A stretch of 64,000 nt of DNA from assembly GCA_964535935.1 (NCBI GenBank), contig CAZHWM010000020.1:65210-129209 (forward strand). The letters are read 5' to 3'. Shown here piece after piece: positions 38,730-49,272 of this stretch (positions within the stretch are counted from its first letter, which is position 1; the number at the start of each line of letters is the position of its first letter). The position numbers and the translations under genes are program-made. This stretch comes from an uncultured Planctomycetales bacterium. Lineage in GTDB: Bacteria > Omnitrophota > Gorgyraeia > Zapsychrales > Zapsychraceae. The notes under the pieces were generated by a model. That model did no database searches and was not told where the DNA came from. It worked only from the letters and a program-made list of their open reading frames with translations.

Positions 38730-40364
38730 TTAATCGTCAAGAACAGGACCCGCTTCTGATAAAATACGCCCCTTTTCTGTATCAGTAAAATTATTAAAAT
38801 GACCTATAAACATCTTAGCAAGTTCTTTTGTTGTTCTATCATAATCGTCCTTATCTTTCCAACTATTACGTGGATTTAATAACTCCGGGGCAATCCCTTC
38901 TATTGATTTAGGTATCATTATACGAAAAATGGGCATTTGCTCAAATTCTGCATTGTCAATACTACCATCAAGTATAGAACTAACAATCTTACGCGTTACC
39001 GGTAAAGGAATGCGTGTTCCCTCCCCATATTTACCTCCTATCCAGCCTGTATTTACAAGATATGCATGTGTCCCATGTTTTTCCATTTTTTCACCCAAGA
39101 TATCTGCATATTTAGTGGGATGTAATAATAAAAACGCCTGCCCAAAACATGCAGAAAAAGTTGCTTTAGGCTCTGTAATCCCAAGCTCCGTGCCAGCTAC
39201 TTTCGCAGTATACCCACTAAGGAAATAATACATCGCCTGTTCTTTACTTAATTTAGCTACAGGAGGTAAGACTCCATATGCGTCACAGCTAAGAAATATA
39301 ATTTTTTTAGGGTGACCTCCTTTAGATACAGGCTTTACTATATTTTTGATATGATAAATAGGATAGGATACCCTTGTATTTTCAGTCTTTGCATTCGAGG
39401 AAAAATCTACATGTCCATTACTATCCACAACAACATTCTCCAACAATGCATCACGTTTAATTGCATTGTATATATCAGGCTCTTTCTCCTTGGAAAGATT
39501 TATACATTTTGCATAACATCCACCTTCAAAGTTGAAAATTCCTTCATCATCCCAACCATGTTCATCATCCCCTATCAACTTTCTATTAGGATCCGTTGAT
39601 AATGTAGTCTTTCCTGTCCCAGAAAGGCCAAAAAATAATGCAGTATCCCCATCTTTCCCCATATTAGCAGAACAGTGGAAAGACCCTACACCCCTCAATG
39701 GTAGGAAATAATTCATCATAGAGAAGATACCCTTTTTAATTTCACCCCCATACCATGTCCCACCTATCGCTGTCATCCTTTCTTTTATATTAAACGCGGC
39801 AAAAACCTCACTTCTAAGTTTATATTTTTTGTATTCTGTAGCGGTTGTTTTACATGCATTAAGAATAGTCCAATCAGGAGTAAAATTTTTTAGTTCCTCC
39901 TCTGTTGGACGAATGAACATATTCTTAAAAAAATGAGCCATCCACGCTACCTCTGTTATAAGGCGTACACATAATCTACTTTCTGGATTGGCACCACAAA
40001 AACCATCCATTACATATAATCTCTTACCTGATAGCTGTTTGACTGCAATCCCTTTAAGATAATTCCATGTATTCTCTGATATTTGTTTATTATCTGAATT
40101 ATTTTGAGTAGGAGAAACAGGCCCTATTCCCCACCATACATTATATTTTGATGTCTCTTCCTCCACAATATATTTATCTTTCGGTGACCTCCCTGTAAAC
40201 TTGCCCGTATCCACAGCAACCGCACCAAATTCAGTGACAACTCCTTTTTCATATCCTTCAAGAGACGGATCTGTCTCATGTTTAAACAACTCATCATATG
40301 AAAGATTGTAATATATTCTCCTTATATCCTTAATTCCTAGTCGTTCAAGATCTAATTCTGCCAT
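38730..40364 (-). CDS. pckA: Phosphoenolpyruvate carboxykinase (ATP)
   Basis: 544 aa. [11 protein letters not shown] kinase-1a motif, IGDDEHGW and GGCYAK motifs. Confidence 0.95.
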   Translation of the reverse strand: MAELDLERLGIKDIRRIYYNLSYDELFKHETDPSLEGYEKGVVTEFGAVAVDTGKFTGRSPKDKYIVEEETSKYNVWWGIGPVSPTQNNSDNKQISENTWNYLKGIAVKQLSGKRLYVMDGFCGANPESRLCVRLITEVAWMAHFFKNMFIRPTEEELKNFTPDWTILNACKTTATEYKKYKLRSEVFAAFNIKERMTAIGGTWYGGEIKKGIFSMMNYFLPLRGVGSFHCSANMGKDGDTALFFGLSGTGKTTLSTDPNRKLIGDDEHGWDDEGIFNFEGGCYAKCINLSKEKEPDIYNAIKRDALLENVVVDSNGHVDFSSNAKTENTRVSYPIYHIKNIVKPVSKGGHPKKIIFLSCDAYGVLPPVAKLSKEQAMYYFLSGYTAKVAGTELGITEPKATFSACFGQAFLLLHPTKYADILGEKMEKHGTHAYLVNTGWIGGKYGEGTRIPLPVTRKIVSSILDGSIDNAEFEQMPIFRIMIPKSIEGIAPELLNPRNSWKDKDDYDRTTKELAKMFIGHFNNFTDTEKGRILSEAGPVLDD

Positions 40365-40526
40365 TTCCCTTCCTTTGTTTTTAATAGCCGATCCTCTTAT
40401 TTCTTATATTTAAAAAACAAAAAGCATAATTAATAAATATTTAACCTATTTTTAGACTACATTTTTTAATTCTACACAACGTTAATATATTTGGCAATAA
40501 AATTTTATTAATTATAACAAGCTGAT

Positions 40527-41135
40527 TTAATTCTCATCTCTCGGGATATCCCCCATAGTTAAATCTACAGCCATGCGTTTCTCACCTGATATTTCAAAAG
40601 ACACCTCATATTTTTCTTTCTCTCTCACATCATAGTCTACCCCAGGGCCAATCTCATCTATATAATTCATAAAATGTGACATTATAAGTTCTCTATAATT
40701 AAGCTGAATAAGGCCTGAGTTAAACTTAGCAGCTACTAAATTACAAAAGGTCCCACATGCATCCATTAAAGATGATTCGTCATTCTCATCAAGTATAGGA
40801 TATCCCATCTCCCTAAACAATTTTACTATATATGTTTCCCTAATATATAAAACCAAAGCTCCTACCGCCCGGTGATTTTCATAATCTTTGCTATCGCGAT
40901 AAAAATTTACTGCTGAAATATAAACCTTTTCTTCTTCAAATTTTTCAAGTCCCCATACCCTCATCTTCCTCATAAAATCAATAATAGGGACACGCCTTAC
41001 TATAGGTTCAGAAGAAAGTTGCACCTCTGCTTTTTTCCACAAAATCCTCTTTACTACCTCTGCTATTAAGATAGCCTGAACATAAAGAGAGTCTACTCTT
41101 TTTTTGTTATTCTCCTCCCCCTTCATAATAACCAT
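40527..41135 (-). CDS. Hypothetical protein, possibly CheX/CheC-like fold
   Basis: DESSLMDACGTFCNLVAAKF resembles the CheX DxxxDAxGExxNxxAG segment, but the Glu position is Thr. Lies directly downstream of a receiver gene. Weak call. Confidence 0.3.
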   Translation of the reverse strand: MVIMKGEENNKKRVDSLYVQAILIAEVVKRILWKKAEVQLSSEPIVRRVPIIDFMRKMRVWGLEKFEEEKVYISAVNFYRDSKDYENHRAVGALVLYIRETYIVKLFREMGYPILDENDESSLMDACGTFCNLVAAKFNSGLIQLNYRELIMSHFMNYIDEIGPGVDYDVREKEKYEVSFEISGEKRMAVDLTMGDIPRDEN

Positions 41136-41176
41136 TATAGCCCTGCATTCTTAAAATTATTATAAAAATATTCTAT

Positions 41177-41569
41177 TTAGTTTACAAACGGCTTTACAGT
41201 ATGAAGCAATGTATCCGGTGCATATGGTTTCACTACATAACCAGCAAGTTTTGGATTAGTCTCATATGCCTTTTTTCTACTTTCCTCAGAACCTGACGCT
41301 GTCAACATAATAATGGGGATAGAAGAAACCTCAGGAACACTTATCACCGCTTTCATAAACTCTATACCATCCATTCTGGGCATCTGCCAATCTACTATAA
41401 CTAGACCTATCTCACTATGATTCTTACTTAATATAGATAACCCTTCCTCCCCATCTGAGGCCTGTAGTATCTCGCTTTCTATCCCAGATCTTTTTAAAAT
41501 ACTAATAAGTAACTTTCTATCCAATAACGAATCATCCACAACTAATATCTTCAATCTAAATACCTCCAT
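41177..41569 (-). CDS. Single-domain response regulator receiver (CheY-like)
   Basis: KILVVDDSLLDRKLL, VIVDWQMPRMDG, IIMLTASG, VVKPY: the full receiver motif set. Confidence 0.9.
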   Translation of the reverse strand: MEVFRLKILVVDDSLLDRKLLISILKRSGIESEILQASDGEEGLSILSKNHSEIGLVIVDWQMPRMDGIEFMKAVISVPEVSSIPIIMLTASGSEESRKKAYETNPKLAGYVVKPYAPDTLLHTVKPFVN

Positions 41570-41581
41570 ACCTGAAAATTA

Positions 41582-42154
41582 TCATGGTGCAATAACGAAC
41601 GCCTTAGAATAGTCCTTTCTTACATTCTGTAAAAAGTTATTTGCCTCCTTCTTAGTAGAAAACCTTCCAATGTAAACTCGATACCAAATCCCCTTCTTGC
41701 CCAAATCTCGTGTTCCTAAATATGCTTGATATCCTTTTTTCTGAACCTCTACCAGAACATCATGGGCTTTACTTTTAGTTTTAAAAGATGCTACTTGTAT
41801 AGTAAATTTTCCCAACCGAGCAATGGTATTAGATTTATTAGTAACACCCGTTCTTGCTTTTTTAGCTACATTTTTTATATGCGACATACTAGAAGATGCT
41901 GCTTCATGCCTTACCGTTTCCTTTGCTTTTATAGACATTCCAACATCCACACCTTCTTTTTTTGTAGATGCAGGGTGTTCTTCATTATCCATAAATTCAT
42001 ATTCAACATCCACAGGCATAGTCTCATCTTCCGGGAAAATTTCATTTAAAGATACTCTTGCCTTCCCGTTAAAAGTAAAATGATAATTAAAAGCTACTAG
42101 CACTGTTATAATCACTACCAATATAAAAATCCAAACAAGCCATGAATTTCTCAT
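41582..42154 (-). CDS. SPOR domain membrane protein
   Basis: N-terminal TM. C-terminal FTIQVASFKTKSKAHDVLVEVQKKGYQAYL...WYRVYIGRFSTKKEANNF (SPOR). ATG 42154 is preceded by ggagga; the track ORF starts at 42181. Confidence 0.8.
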   Translation of the reverse strand: MRNSWLVWIFILVVIITVLVAFNYHFTFNGKARVSLNEIFPEDETMPVDVEYEFMDNEEHPASTKKEGVDVGMSIKAKETVRHEAASSSMSHIKNVAKKARTGVTNKSNTIARLGKFTIQVASFKTKSKAHDVLVEVQKKGYQAYLGTRDLGKKGIWYRVYIGRFSTKKEANNFLQNVRKDYSKAFVIAP

Positions 42155-42204
42155 TTTATTTCCTCCATCTATTACTATCAATGCTTTTCACATTTATATA
42201 CAAA

Positions 42205-43572
42205 TTACTTCTCTCCTTTATTGAATCTAAGTAAATCCCAAACTATATCCCAGAAAGACAACTTTTTGGGCATCTGTGATACCGCATCTTCCACACGATT
42301 TTTACATATAGTCGTCCTTCTATCATACCAACCAAATGTATCGCCATCCGCTTCAATAAGGATACCAATTCTAGCAGTAGCAGGCTCAAGTATAATTATG
42401 CCTAAACGTGTATGTTGCATAATAACATAATGTCCACCTGGTATCCAGCGGAAATTCTTTAAGGTTAAATCTCCTCCTCTATATTGATACCTTGGTATAT
42501 CACTAATAACTGGCCGTCTTGTTATCTTATAAAGTCTCTTCCTGAACCATTTATTTTTTACAAAATATAAATTATCTTTATCATCTATCCCAATATAAGA
42601 ACCGTTCTCTGAAATAAAACAATCCTTTTCTTTAAACTTAGAAAATATAAATCGTTCACCATTAAGAAAAAGTTTAATATGCCTAATTGCTAACTGTTCT
42701 ATAGGCAGAGAAGCTTCTCTTGATGGTATTTCAGCTACAAATTCTGGAGTTAGCTTAGTTAATGATATACGATAAATTATTATCTCATATGCATATGGTT
42801 GAATAGAGGTGTCTTGAAGCTTGTAATGAAAAAAGTAAATATTTTCCCCCTTTCTATCCCAATAAAGTACATTTTGTTTTTGAAAGAATCCCTTAACCTG
42901 CTGTCTTCTATTCTTTGTCAAATCATAAATATACATATTATGCCTATCTGAATACTTCGACCATCTAGCTATAACATAACAAAAATGCCTACTATCAGGA
43001 GACCATTGTAACGAACTTATCCCCCTGTGTAAATCTGTGTCATTATTAGTGTTAAGAAGGGATTCAACAACAAACCATTTTCCTGTCTTAAGATTCATAC
43101 AATATAGCTCTCTAGGACTAGAAACTAACAAATATCTACCATCTGGTGAAAAATCATATTCACGTATAGGTTCATTAGTTGTAAGTAATACTTTAGGATT
43201 ACTACCATTAATACCTACTGTCTTTAGTTGATTATCTTTAATAAAATAAATCCTAAAATTTTGTTTTACCCAATGTGTGTTAGATGACAACATCTTAGAG
43301 AAATCTAAAACTTCTGCTGGGCTTTTATAATTTATCCAATATAAATAAGTGAAAAGAACTAAAAAAAATGCCTGAATACACATTACAATAATATTCATCA
43401 TATATACAGCCACACGGTTAAAATCCACCTCTCGTAATTTCAAAGCTATCAAAACAAGTAAAAACATAAAAATTATTGAGATATTAATAGCCATTAATAT
43501 CTCAAAATTATTGCTCAAAAATTGTATAATAAGTCGAAATGCCTCTTTTATCTTATCTATATCTATAACCAC
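42205..43572 (-). CDS. Membrane-anchored protein with TolB-like beta-propeller repeats
   Basis: Two N-terminal TMs, then DFSPDGRYLLVSS and LQWSPDSRHFCYV repeat signatures. Confidence 0.5.
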   Translation of the reverse strand: MVIDIDKIKEAFRLIIQFLSNNFEILMAINISIIFMFLLVLIALKLREVDFNRVAVYMMNIIVMCIQAFFLVLFTYLYWINYKSPAEVLDFSKMLSSNTHWVKQNFRIYFIKDNQLKTVGINGSNPKVLLTTNEPIREYDFSPDGRYLLVSSPRELYCMNLKTGKWFVVESLLNTNNDTDLHRGISSLQWSPDSRHFCYVIARWSKYSDRHNMYIYDLTKNRRQQVKGFFQKQNVLYWDRKGENIYFFHYKLQDTSIQPYAYEIIIYRISLTKLTPEFVAEIPSREASLPIEQLAIRHIKLFLNGERFIFSKFKEKDCFISENGSYIGIDDKDNLYFVKNKWFRKRLYKITRRPVISDIPRYQYRGGDLTLKNFRWIPGGHYVIMQHTRLGIIILEPATARIGILIEADGDTFGWYDRRTTICKNRVEDAVSQMPKKLSFWDIVWDLLRFNKGEK

Positions 43573-43593
43573 AATACAATTACTCTCCTTTCT

Positions 43594-44535
43594 CTAAAAC
43601 AAATGCAACCTTATAACAGACAGTCTATTCCTAAGGGTTTTTCCTGCCTGCTTCAAAGCATATACCTTAGTATTTAATATAGCAGACTTTTCGACTGCAC
43701 CGAACCTTTTTATGATGCGACTGTAATAATCATATCCCTCAGCATATCCCCCATTCTCAACAAAAGATTTCCTTAAAAAGTATGCTGCTTTATTATATGC
43801 TCCAAGTTTATATAAGGCCATTCCTAAAAAACACAAACAATAATCCTTATCAGCACATGTGTCAAGTGCAATACATCGCTGTGCTAAAATTACTGTATGT
43901 TTATATTGTTTTAAATAATAATATCCAGCCAAACGTAACAACTCCGCCTTACATCTACCTTGTTTTAACCTCTGCTCTATTCCCGCAGCAAAATCATTAT
44001 CTGTATTTAATATACTCCTATGCAGTGTTTGAGGTGAACGAATATACATAAGACTTAAAGCAGGAGATGAAACTAACGATTTATCAAACATCTTAACAGC
44101 ATCTTTATACCTGCCTTGCTGAAAGTATATCACACCCAAATTATAATAATACCAAAAAAAATTAGGGTTTAGTTCAATAGCCTTTAATAAACTCTCTTCT
44201 GATTTCTTATATTCTCCCAACCAATAGTAACAAAATGCTAAAATCCCATAAGTCTCTGCTCTTGTAGGATCTAATTTTTGAAGCTGTTTATAATAAGCGA
44301 TATAATCCATAAATTCCTTCTTATCTACCTTGTCCTTACCCTCACTAACATTGATAAGATTATGTAAGGAATCAGGTACAAACATATTTACTCTGGCTAT
44401 TTTGCAAGCAGTTATCGAAGCCTTAATTTCCTCATAGGAACCCACTATCCCATAGCCAAGAATAACCAATAACAATATGCTCACAACTAATCTAATACCA
44501 TTTATTTTTAATTTATTATCTGAAAAATATTTCAT
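43594..44535 (-). CDS. TPR repeat protein with N-terminal TM
   Basis: AETYGILAFCYYWLGEYKKSEESLLKAIELNPNFFWYYYNLGVIYFQQGRYKDAVKMFDKSL. Confidence 0.7.
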   Translation of the reverse strand: MKYFSDNKLKINGIRLVVSILLLVILGYGIVGSYEEIKASITACKIARVNMFVPDSLHNLINVSEGKDKVDKKEFMDYIAYYKQLQKLDPTRAETYGILAFCYYWLGEYKKSEESLLKAIELNPNFFWYYYNLGVIYFQQGRYKDAVKMFDKSLVSSPALSLMYIRSPQTLHRSILNTDNDFAAGIEQRLKQGRCKAELLRLAGYYYLKQYKHTVILAQRCIALDTCADKDYCLCFLGMALYKLGAYNKAAYFLRKSFVENGGYAEGYDYYSRIIKRFGAVEKSAILNTKVYALKQAGKTLRNRLSVIRLHLF

Positions 44536-44603
44536 AATCTCTTATCTGCAAGTATTAATTTACTAACTCTATAAAGCTATATTCGACTACCAAATAATAA
44601 AAT

Positions 44604-45851
44604 TCAACATGGAAACAATCCTTCTGACATAAGATATGCACAACTTTGAAACGCACCTATAAACAACATGCCAATCAAAAAGACAATAACATTAAAAAAC
44701 ATCCATCTATCCTTCCTAAATGTATCCAGCAACCCCACTGCAGCCATAACAGTGGCTATAATAGCGACAGGAGTAAGATTAATAAAATATCTGTTATTTA
44801 AAGTATAGATACTATCCCCACTATCTTGCATCTTATATATCCCTATAAACGCAAAGGCAGCTGCAACCATAAGTATAGTAAAAATGATATAAACCTTTGA
44901 CATTCTTATCTGTTCTAGACCACGACAATATTCAATAATATTACGTTTCCATTTAGATATAATAAACAAAGATATAGTCACAATACAATATACTCCTAAC
45001 ACTATAATTTTATCTAAAGGGAAAGCAACAACAATTAAAGAGAGAGGGGCATCAACTGAATATTTACGTAAAGGTGCAGCAAGAAAAAGATAGTAAAACA
45101 GACATATAGCTATCGGGATAAGAGTAATAAATATATACCACCTTAATGGTCTAAAACCTAACACTAATAATAAGGCAGATATAATAACAATTTGTGCTAA
45201 ACTAATAACAATGGTAAAAGATAACAATATATGAGTCACAGATAAAGCTATACATAATCTATAATCGATAAAACAAAAACGTCTACTCCTATTCTTAATA
45301 CTAAATATCTGCCTCAAAATTAGTATAAATAAAAGTCCCTGTACTGTAGTAAGAAAAAACCACATGGCATAAGGCCTTGCCTCTGCCCAATATAACCACA
45401 CCATAGGAGAAGTAATCGCGGATAAAAAAACATACCATCCAAGCCATATAGAATAAAATCTGGAAAAAAAATAAAAAATAAGAGAAAGAGAAAGAGACAT
45501 CAATATATTTGACCCTAGTCGTAATATAATCTGAGATCTTACATCAAATATATAAGGCTTTTTACCTTGAGGAAAGGGGAATTTATAATGGAAAATATCA
45601 CAGATACCCTTTTGAAATAAATAAAACAAAGGATTGCTATTACCCTCAAATAAATGCATAGATAATATATCTACATAAGATTTTGAATCTATGCTAAAAA
45701 TTTGAGTGTAAATTTCATCATTCCATAAAGGCTTGTTAAAAGACACCCATAATCCTATAATAAATAAAAAAATAAACAAAATCCCAGTATACACATAATA
45801 TAGATATCTTTTATTTTCTTTAGATTTATTCAAAGAAGATAAAACACTCAT
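44604..45851 (-). CDS. Polytopic membrane protein, probable GT-C (ArnT/PMT_2-like) glycosyltransferase
   Basis: About 11 hydrophobic segments. First loop PLWNDEIYT (DE motif) followed by NPLFYLFQKG, as in ArnT/PMT-like GT-C enzymes. Confidence 0.45.
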   Translation of the reverse strand: MSVLSSLNKSKENKRYLYYVYTGILFIFLFIIGLWVSFNKPLWNDEIYTQIFSIDSKSYVDILSMHLFEGNSNPLFYLFQKGICDIFHYKFPFPQGKKPYIFDVRSQIILRLGSNILMSLSLSLIFYFFSRFYSIWLGWYVFLSAITSPMVWLYWAEARPYAMWFFLTTVQGLLFILILRQIFSIKNRSRRFCFIDYRLCIALSVTHILLSFTIVISLAQIVIISALLLVLGFRPLRWYIFITLIPIAICLFYYLFLAAPLRKYSVDAPLSLIVVAFPLDKIIVLGVYCIVTISLFIISKWKRNIIEYCRGLEQIRMSKVYIIFTILMVAAAFAFIGIYKMQDSGDSIYTLNNRYFINLTPVAIIATVMAAVGLLDTFRKDRWMFFNVIVFLIGMLFIGAFQSCAYLMSEGLFPC

Positions 45852-46052
45852 AACGTCCTTATGGAGAGATAAAAATGATAAAAAGAATATATTAGTGACA
45901 CAATAATAAATTTTTATTTGAGGAGAAGCTAAATAAAAAAATTAAAATAGCACAATTACTACATTATGCTCAATAATATACTAAAAGATTATAGTTTATT
46001 TATCTTCTATCAATCCAAAATAAATACATTTAAACTTATATTACACTACGAT

Positions 46053-46544
46053 CTATTTCAAATATTTTTTCATCTTGAGCCATGTCTTAGGTCCAACTAT
46101 ACCATCAACCTTTAACCCATTATGCTTCTGAAAGGCCCTAATCGCAGCCTTTGTCTTCTTGCCTATCTTGCCATCAATAGCACCATTATAATACCCTGCC
46201 TTTTTTAAGGCCTTCTGAACCTCTTTGGCTCCAGTAGAAATACGTAAAACTCTATCCTCTGAAGAATTAAAAGAAGAAACTTCTCCTACACCCGAAGTAA
46301 TATCTCCCAGCTCGTCCATATCGTCATCTGCCTGAAATTTTTCAAGGTCGTCTACACGGGAGGAAAGTTCATCTAGATTATACTCCAACTTCTCTATCTT
46401 AGAATCTCTATCTGCCAAAGCCTGTTCCAAATGAATTATTCTTGTCTGAAGTTGATTTAAAACAACAAAATTTGATTGGGTTGTTGCACATCCTGTGCAA
46501 AATATTCCAATAATAATTATTATAGTTATAAGTCTAAAAGACAT
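46053..46544 (-). CDS. Lipoprotein with coiled coil and peptidoglycan-binding (PG_binding_1) domain
   Basis: Lipobox IFCTGC. C-terminal ALKKAGYYNGAIDGKIGKKTKAAIRAFQKHNGLKVDGIVGPKTW. Confidence 0.8.
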   Translation of the reverse strand: MSFRLITIIIIIGIFCTGCATTQSNFVVLNQLQTRIIHLEQALADRDSKIEKLEYNLDELSSRVDDLEKFQADDDMDELGDITSGVGEVSSFNSSEDRVLRISTGAKEVQKALKKAGYYNGAIDGKIGKKTKAAIRAFQKHNGLKVDGIVGPKTWLKMKKYLK

Positions 46545-47211
46545 ATCTGCCTCCCTCTAACTAAAAATTTACTTATCTTATAAATTTATAAATTTAATAA
46601 ATAAAAATCTATTTTTTATAAATATAAAATTTATAAATATATATTAACAAAAAATATTATATCCTATCAAGTAAATTAGATATATTTTATGGATAATACC
46701 ATAGATCGTTGCCTCCCTAACTTAAGGGAATGGAATAAAAATATCTTGATTTTAAAAGAAGAAGTCTTAAAAATTCTTAAAAATTGTCTGTATTTCTTAT
46801 TATGCTCACAGCAACACTGATTACTGTAAACACAATAATTGAGGTAATAATAAGCTAAGAAATGGGTGAAAGATATGTTCAAAAAATGGTTAAAGTTTTT
46901 TTAAAATTAAATCAACAAATAAAATACTATAAGCGACATAATTCATTGTCCTAAAATACTTAGAAATCTTTTACTAACTCTTTTGCTATTAGTTTGGATA
47001 TGCTTTTAAATCAAAAACTAAAAAAACAATAAAACACTGGCTACTTCCTTGAATTTCAGTTGATAAATATTGGACATTAAAATATAATTTTTAATAATCT
47101 TTAATATCCTATAATTGGTTAACCTAACTCTGAAATGTTAAATTAAATAATAATCACTATTTTCATATCCAAAACACATAAGAACAATAAAGACTAATTT
47201 GCAAATCTTTC

Positions 47212-49272
47212 ATGACATCCCGAAGACTACAAATAATACACCTTTTTATCCTATTTGCCCTTATTCTTTTTACCTATGCAAATAGCCTACATAATCCTTT
47301 CATGATGGATGACTATGAGTTAATCCTACAAGATACAAAATTACATAACCTCAAATTCATCCTCTACCAATTCATCCCTGACCAAAAAATATTCTTAGGG
47401 ATAGAAAACAAAACCAATTCAACCTACTATCGTCCATTTGCACATATAATCCCTATGATAGAATGGCTGTTATTCGGCAAGGATGTCTTTGGTTATCATC
47501 TTATGAACTTACTATTATTTTACATATGTGTCTCTACCATATTTTATCTTATTAAAGACCTATTCCATAATAATATACCTCTGGCAATGCTAACAAGCAT
47601 CCTATATGCTATACATCCATTAAATGGGCTATTTATAAACTATATAACAGCTAATGTATATGCTGTACAGATGACAGCATTATGTATCGCATTTATACTA
47701 TTTTGGAAGGCAACACAACAAAAACATCCATTCTATCTAGTCGTATATAGTTTCTTTCTCTATATTATAGGTCTACTATGCCACGAATCATCTTTTGCCT
47801 TCCCTCTATATCTAACAGCTACCCTTCTAATATTAAAAGAGGGTTTACGAAAGAGAGATATCTTTCTATTATCTCCATATTTTGCAATCTCTATTATATA
47901 CTTTTTATTCAGGTTGAAATTTGCAAGCCTAAATCACAATCTATTTGATAAAATCAAATATTCCAACATCAGCCTAATACAACTCACCGTATCTAATATC
48001 AAACTATTCTTTTGCTATATTTATAAATTTATATTCTTTGAAGGCATCACACTCAAATTTGCAGTCCAACCTGTTGCATTTAATAAATATATTATATGGA
48101 TCATATCATTTAGTATGCTAATGGCAATATTAATATATTGGTATTACAAAAAAGACAAACTCCAAATATGGAGTCTATCTATACTATTAATAGGATTTAT
48201 TCCTGTCTTTTTTGGGTCTGTATTTGAGCTTCAGTGTGGCATTATACTGGAACCCCACTGGTTATTCTTTGCATCTATAGGGTTATTTGCCTTGGCATCA
48301 TTTTATATATTAAAAATAAAAGAAACCGCAGGAGAACTGATATTTTTAATTATCCTATGCATAATTCTATCTAATACAATCTCTTATTCAAAAACTATGA
48401 ACAAATTATGGGCGAATGAAATAGCTTATTGTAAATACTGGCTAAAACATTCCCCCAAATACAAATCTGTACTCTTTTATATAGCATCAGCCTATGAAAG
48501 AAGAGGTGAATATAATAAGGCAAAAAAAACATACATAAACGGGATTGAAGCTAGATTCTCTGATTGGCAAATTTATACCAACCTCGCTTTAATAGAACAA
48601 CACGCTGGAAACCTACGAATGGCTTATCAATACCTCATGCAGGCATATAGAATATTCCCTAATTCTGCTATAATAAACAACAATCTTGGTATCCTATTCA
48701 AAAAATCCAACAAAATAAAACAATCAGAAATATTTTTCAAAAAAGCTATTAAATATAACCCCTACATGACTGAACCATATCTTAATCTGGCAATACTATA
48801 TGAAGAAAAACAAAAATATTTACAGGCACTCGAACTATATAAAAAAACTACGTTAATCGATCCCAACAACGAACCCGGAATAATAGGAGAAGTAAAACTA
48901 CTTATTAGTTTACATAAAGATGACCAACTTACAAAAAGAATTCAACAACTGATAAACAAACCATATTCTACAGACCTATATTTAAATATCGCGGTATATC
49001 TAACAGAGAATGGCTATAGGAAGACAGCGCTTAGATTATTCAGGAAAGCACTAGTTCAAGATCCTAAAAATATAAATATTTATATAAAACTAGGGAAATA
49101 TTTTGCAAATATGAATAAATTTGATATTGCATTAAAAATATGGAATACTGGATTAAAATTATATCCTAAAAACAAAACAATCAAAATGTTGATAAAAAAG
49201 ACAAAAAAAATACAAAATAGCATAATACATATGCCACGTGCACAGCAGATAAAAAAACATACAAAAAATTAA
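47212..49272 (+). CDS. TMTC-like GT-C membrane protein with C-terminal TPR repeats
   Basis: NPFMMDDYELI and YYRPFAHI loop motifs, about 10 TM segments, then multiple TPRs (SAYERRGEYNKAKKTY..., NLAILYEEKQKYLQALELYKK...). Confidence 0.7.
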   Translation: MTSRRLQIIHLFILFALILFTYANSLHNPFMMDDYELILQDTKLHNLKFILYQFIPDQKIFLGIENKTNSTYYRPFAHIIPMIEWLLFGKDVFGYHLMNLLLFYICVSTIFYLIKDLFHNNIPLAMLTSILYAIHPLNGLFINYITANVYAVQMTALCIAFILFWKATQQKHPFYLVVYSFFLYIIGLLCHESSFAFPLYLTATLLILKEGLRKRDIFLLSPYFAISIIYFLFRLKFASLNHNLFDKIKYSNISLIQLTVSNIKLFFCYIYKFIFFEGITLKFAVQPVAFNKYIIWIISFSMLMAILIYWYYKKDKLQIWSLSILLIGFIPVFFGSVFELQCGIILEPHWLFFASIGLFALASFYILKIKETAGELIFLIILCIILSNTISYSKTMNKLWANEIAYCKYWLKHSPKYKSVLFYIASAYERRGEYNKAKKTYINGIEARFSDWQIYTNLALIEQHAGNLRMAYQYLMQAYRIFPNSAIINNNLGILFKKSNKIKQSEIFFKKAIKYNPYMTEPYLNLAILYEEKQKYLQALELYKKTTLIDPNNEPGIIGEVKLLISLHKDDQLTKRIQQLINKPYSTDLYLNIAVYLTENGYRKTALRLFRKALVQDPKNINIYIKLGKYFANMNKFDIALKIWNTGLKLYPKNKTIKMLIKKTKKIQNSIIHMPRAQQIKKHTKN

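Noticed and set aside
46676-46882. Intergenic track ORFs 46676-46882 (-), 15323-15535 (+), 12961-13152 (-), 51891-52094 (-) and 7515-7715 (+).
   Set aside because: They lie in AT-rich spacer DNA or overlap repeat elements or real gene ends. Their translations are Ile/Phe/Tyr/Asn/Lys-rich with no motif and no SD. 51891-52094 is created by read-through of palindromic copy C into the epimerase 3' end.
49269-49272. Convergent genes (TMTC-like on plus, IMPase-family on minus) whose stop codons overlap (ttaa), leaving no room for terminators.
   Set aside because: The overlap is real in the sequence but is a common consequence of compact genomes. I could derive no specific functional claim beyond possible transcriptional interference.
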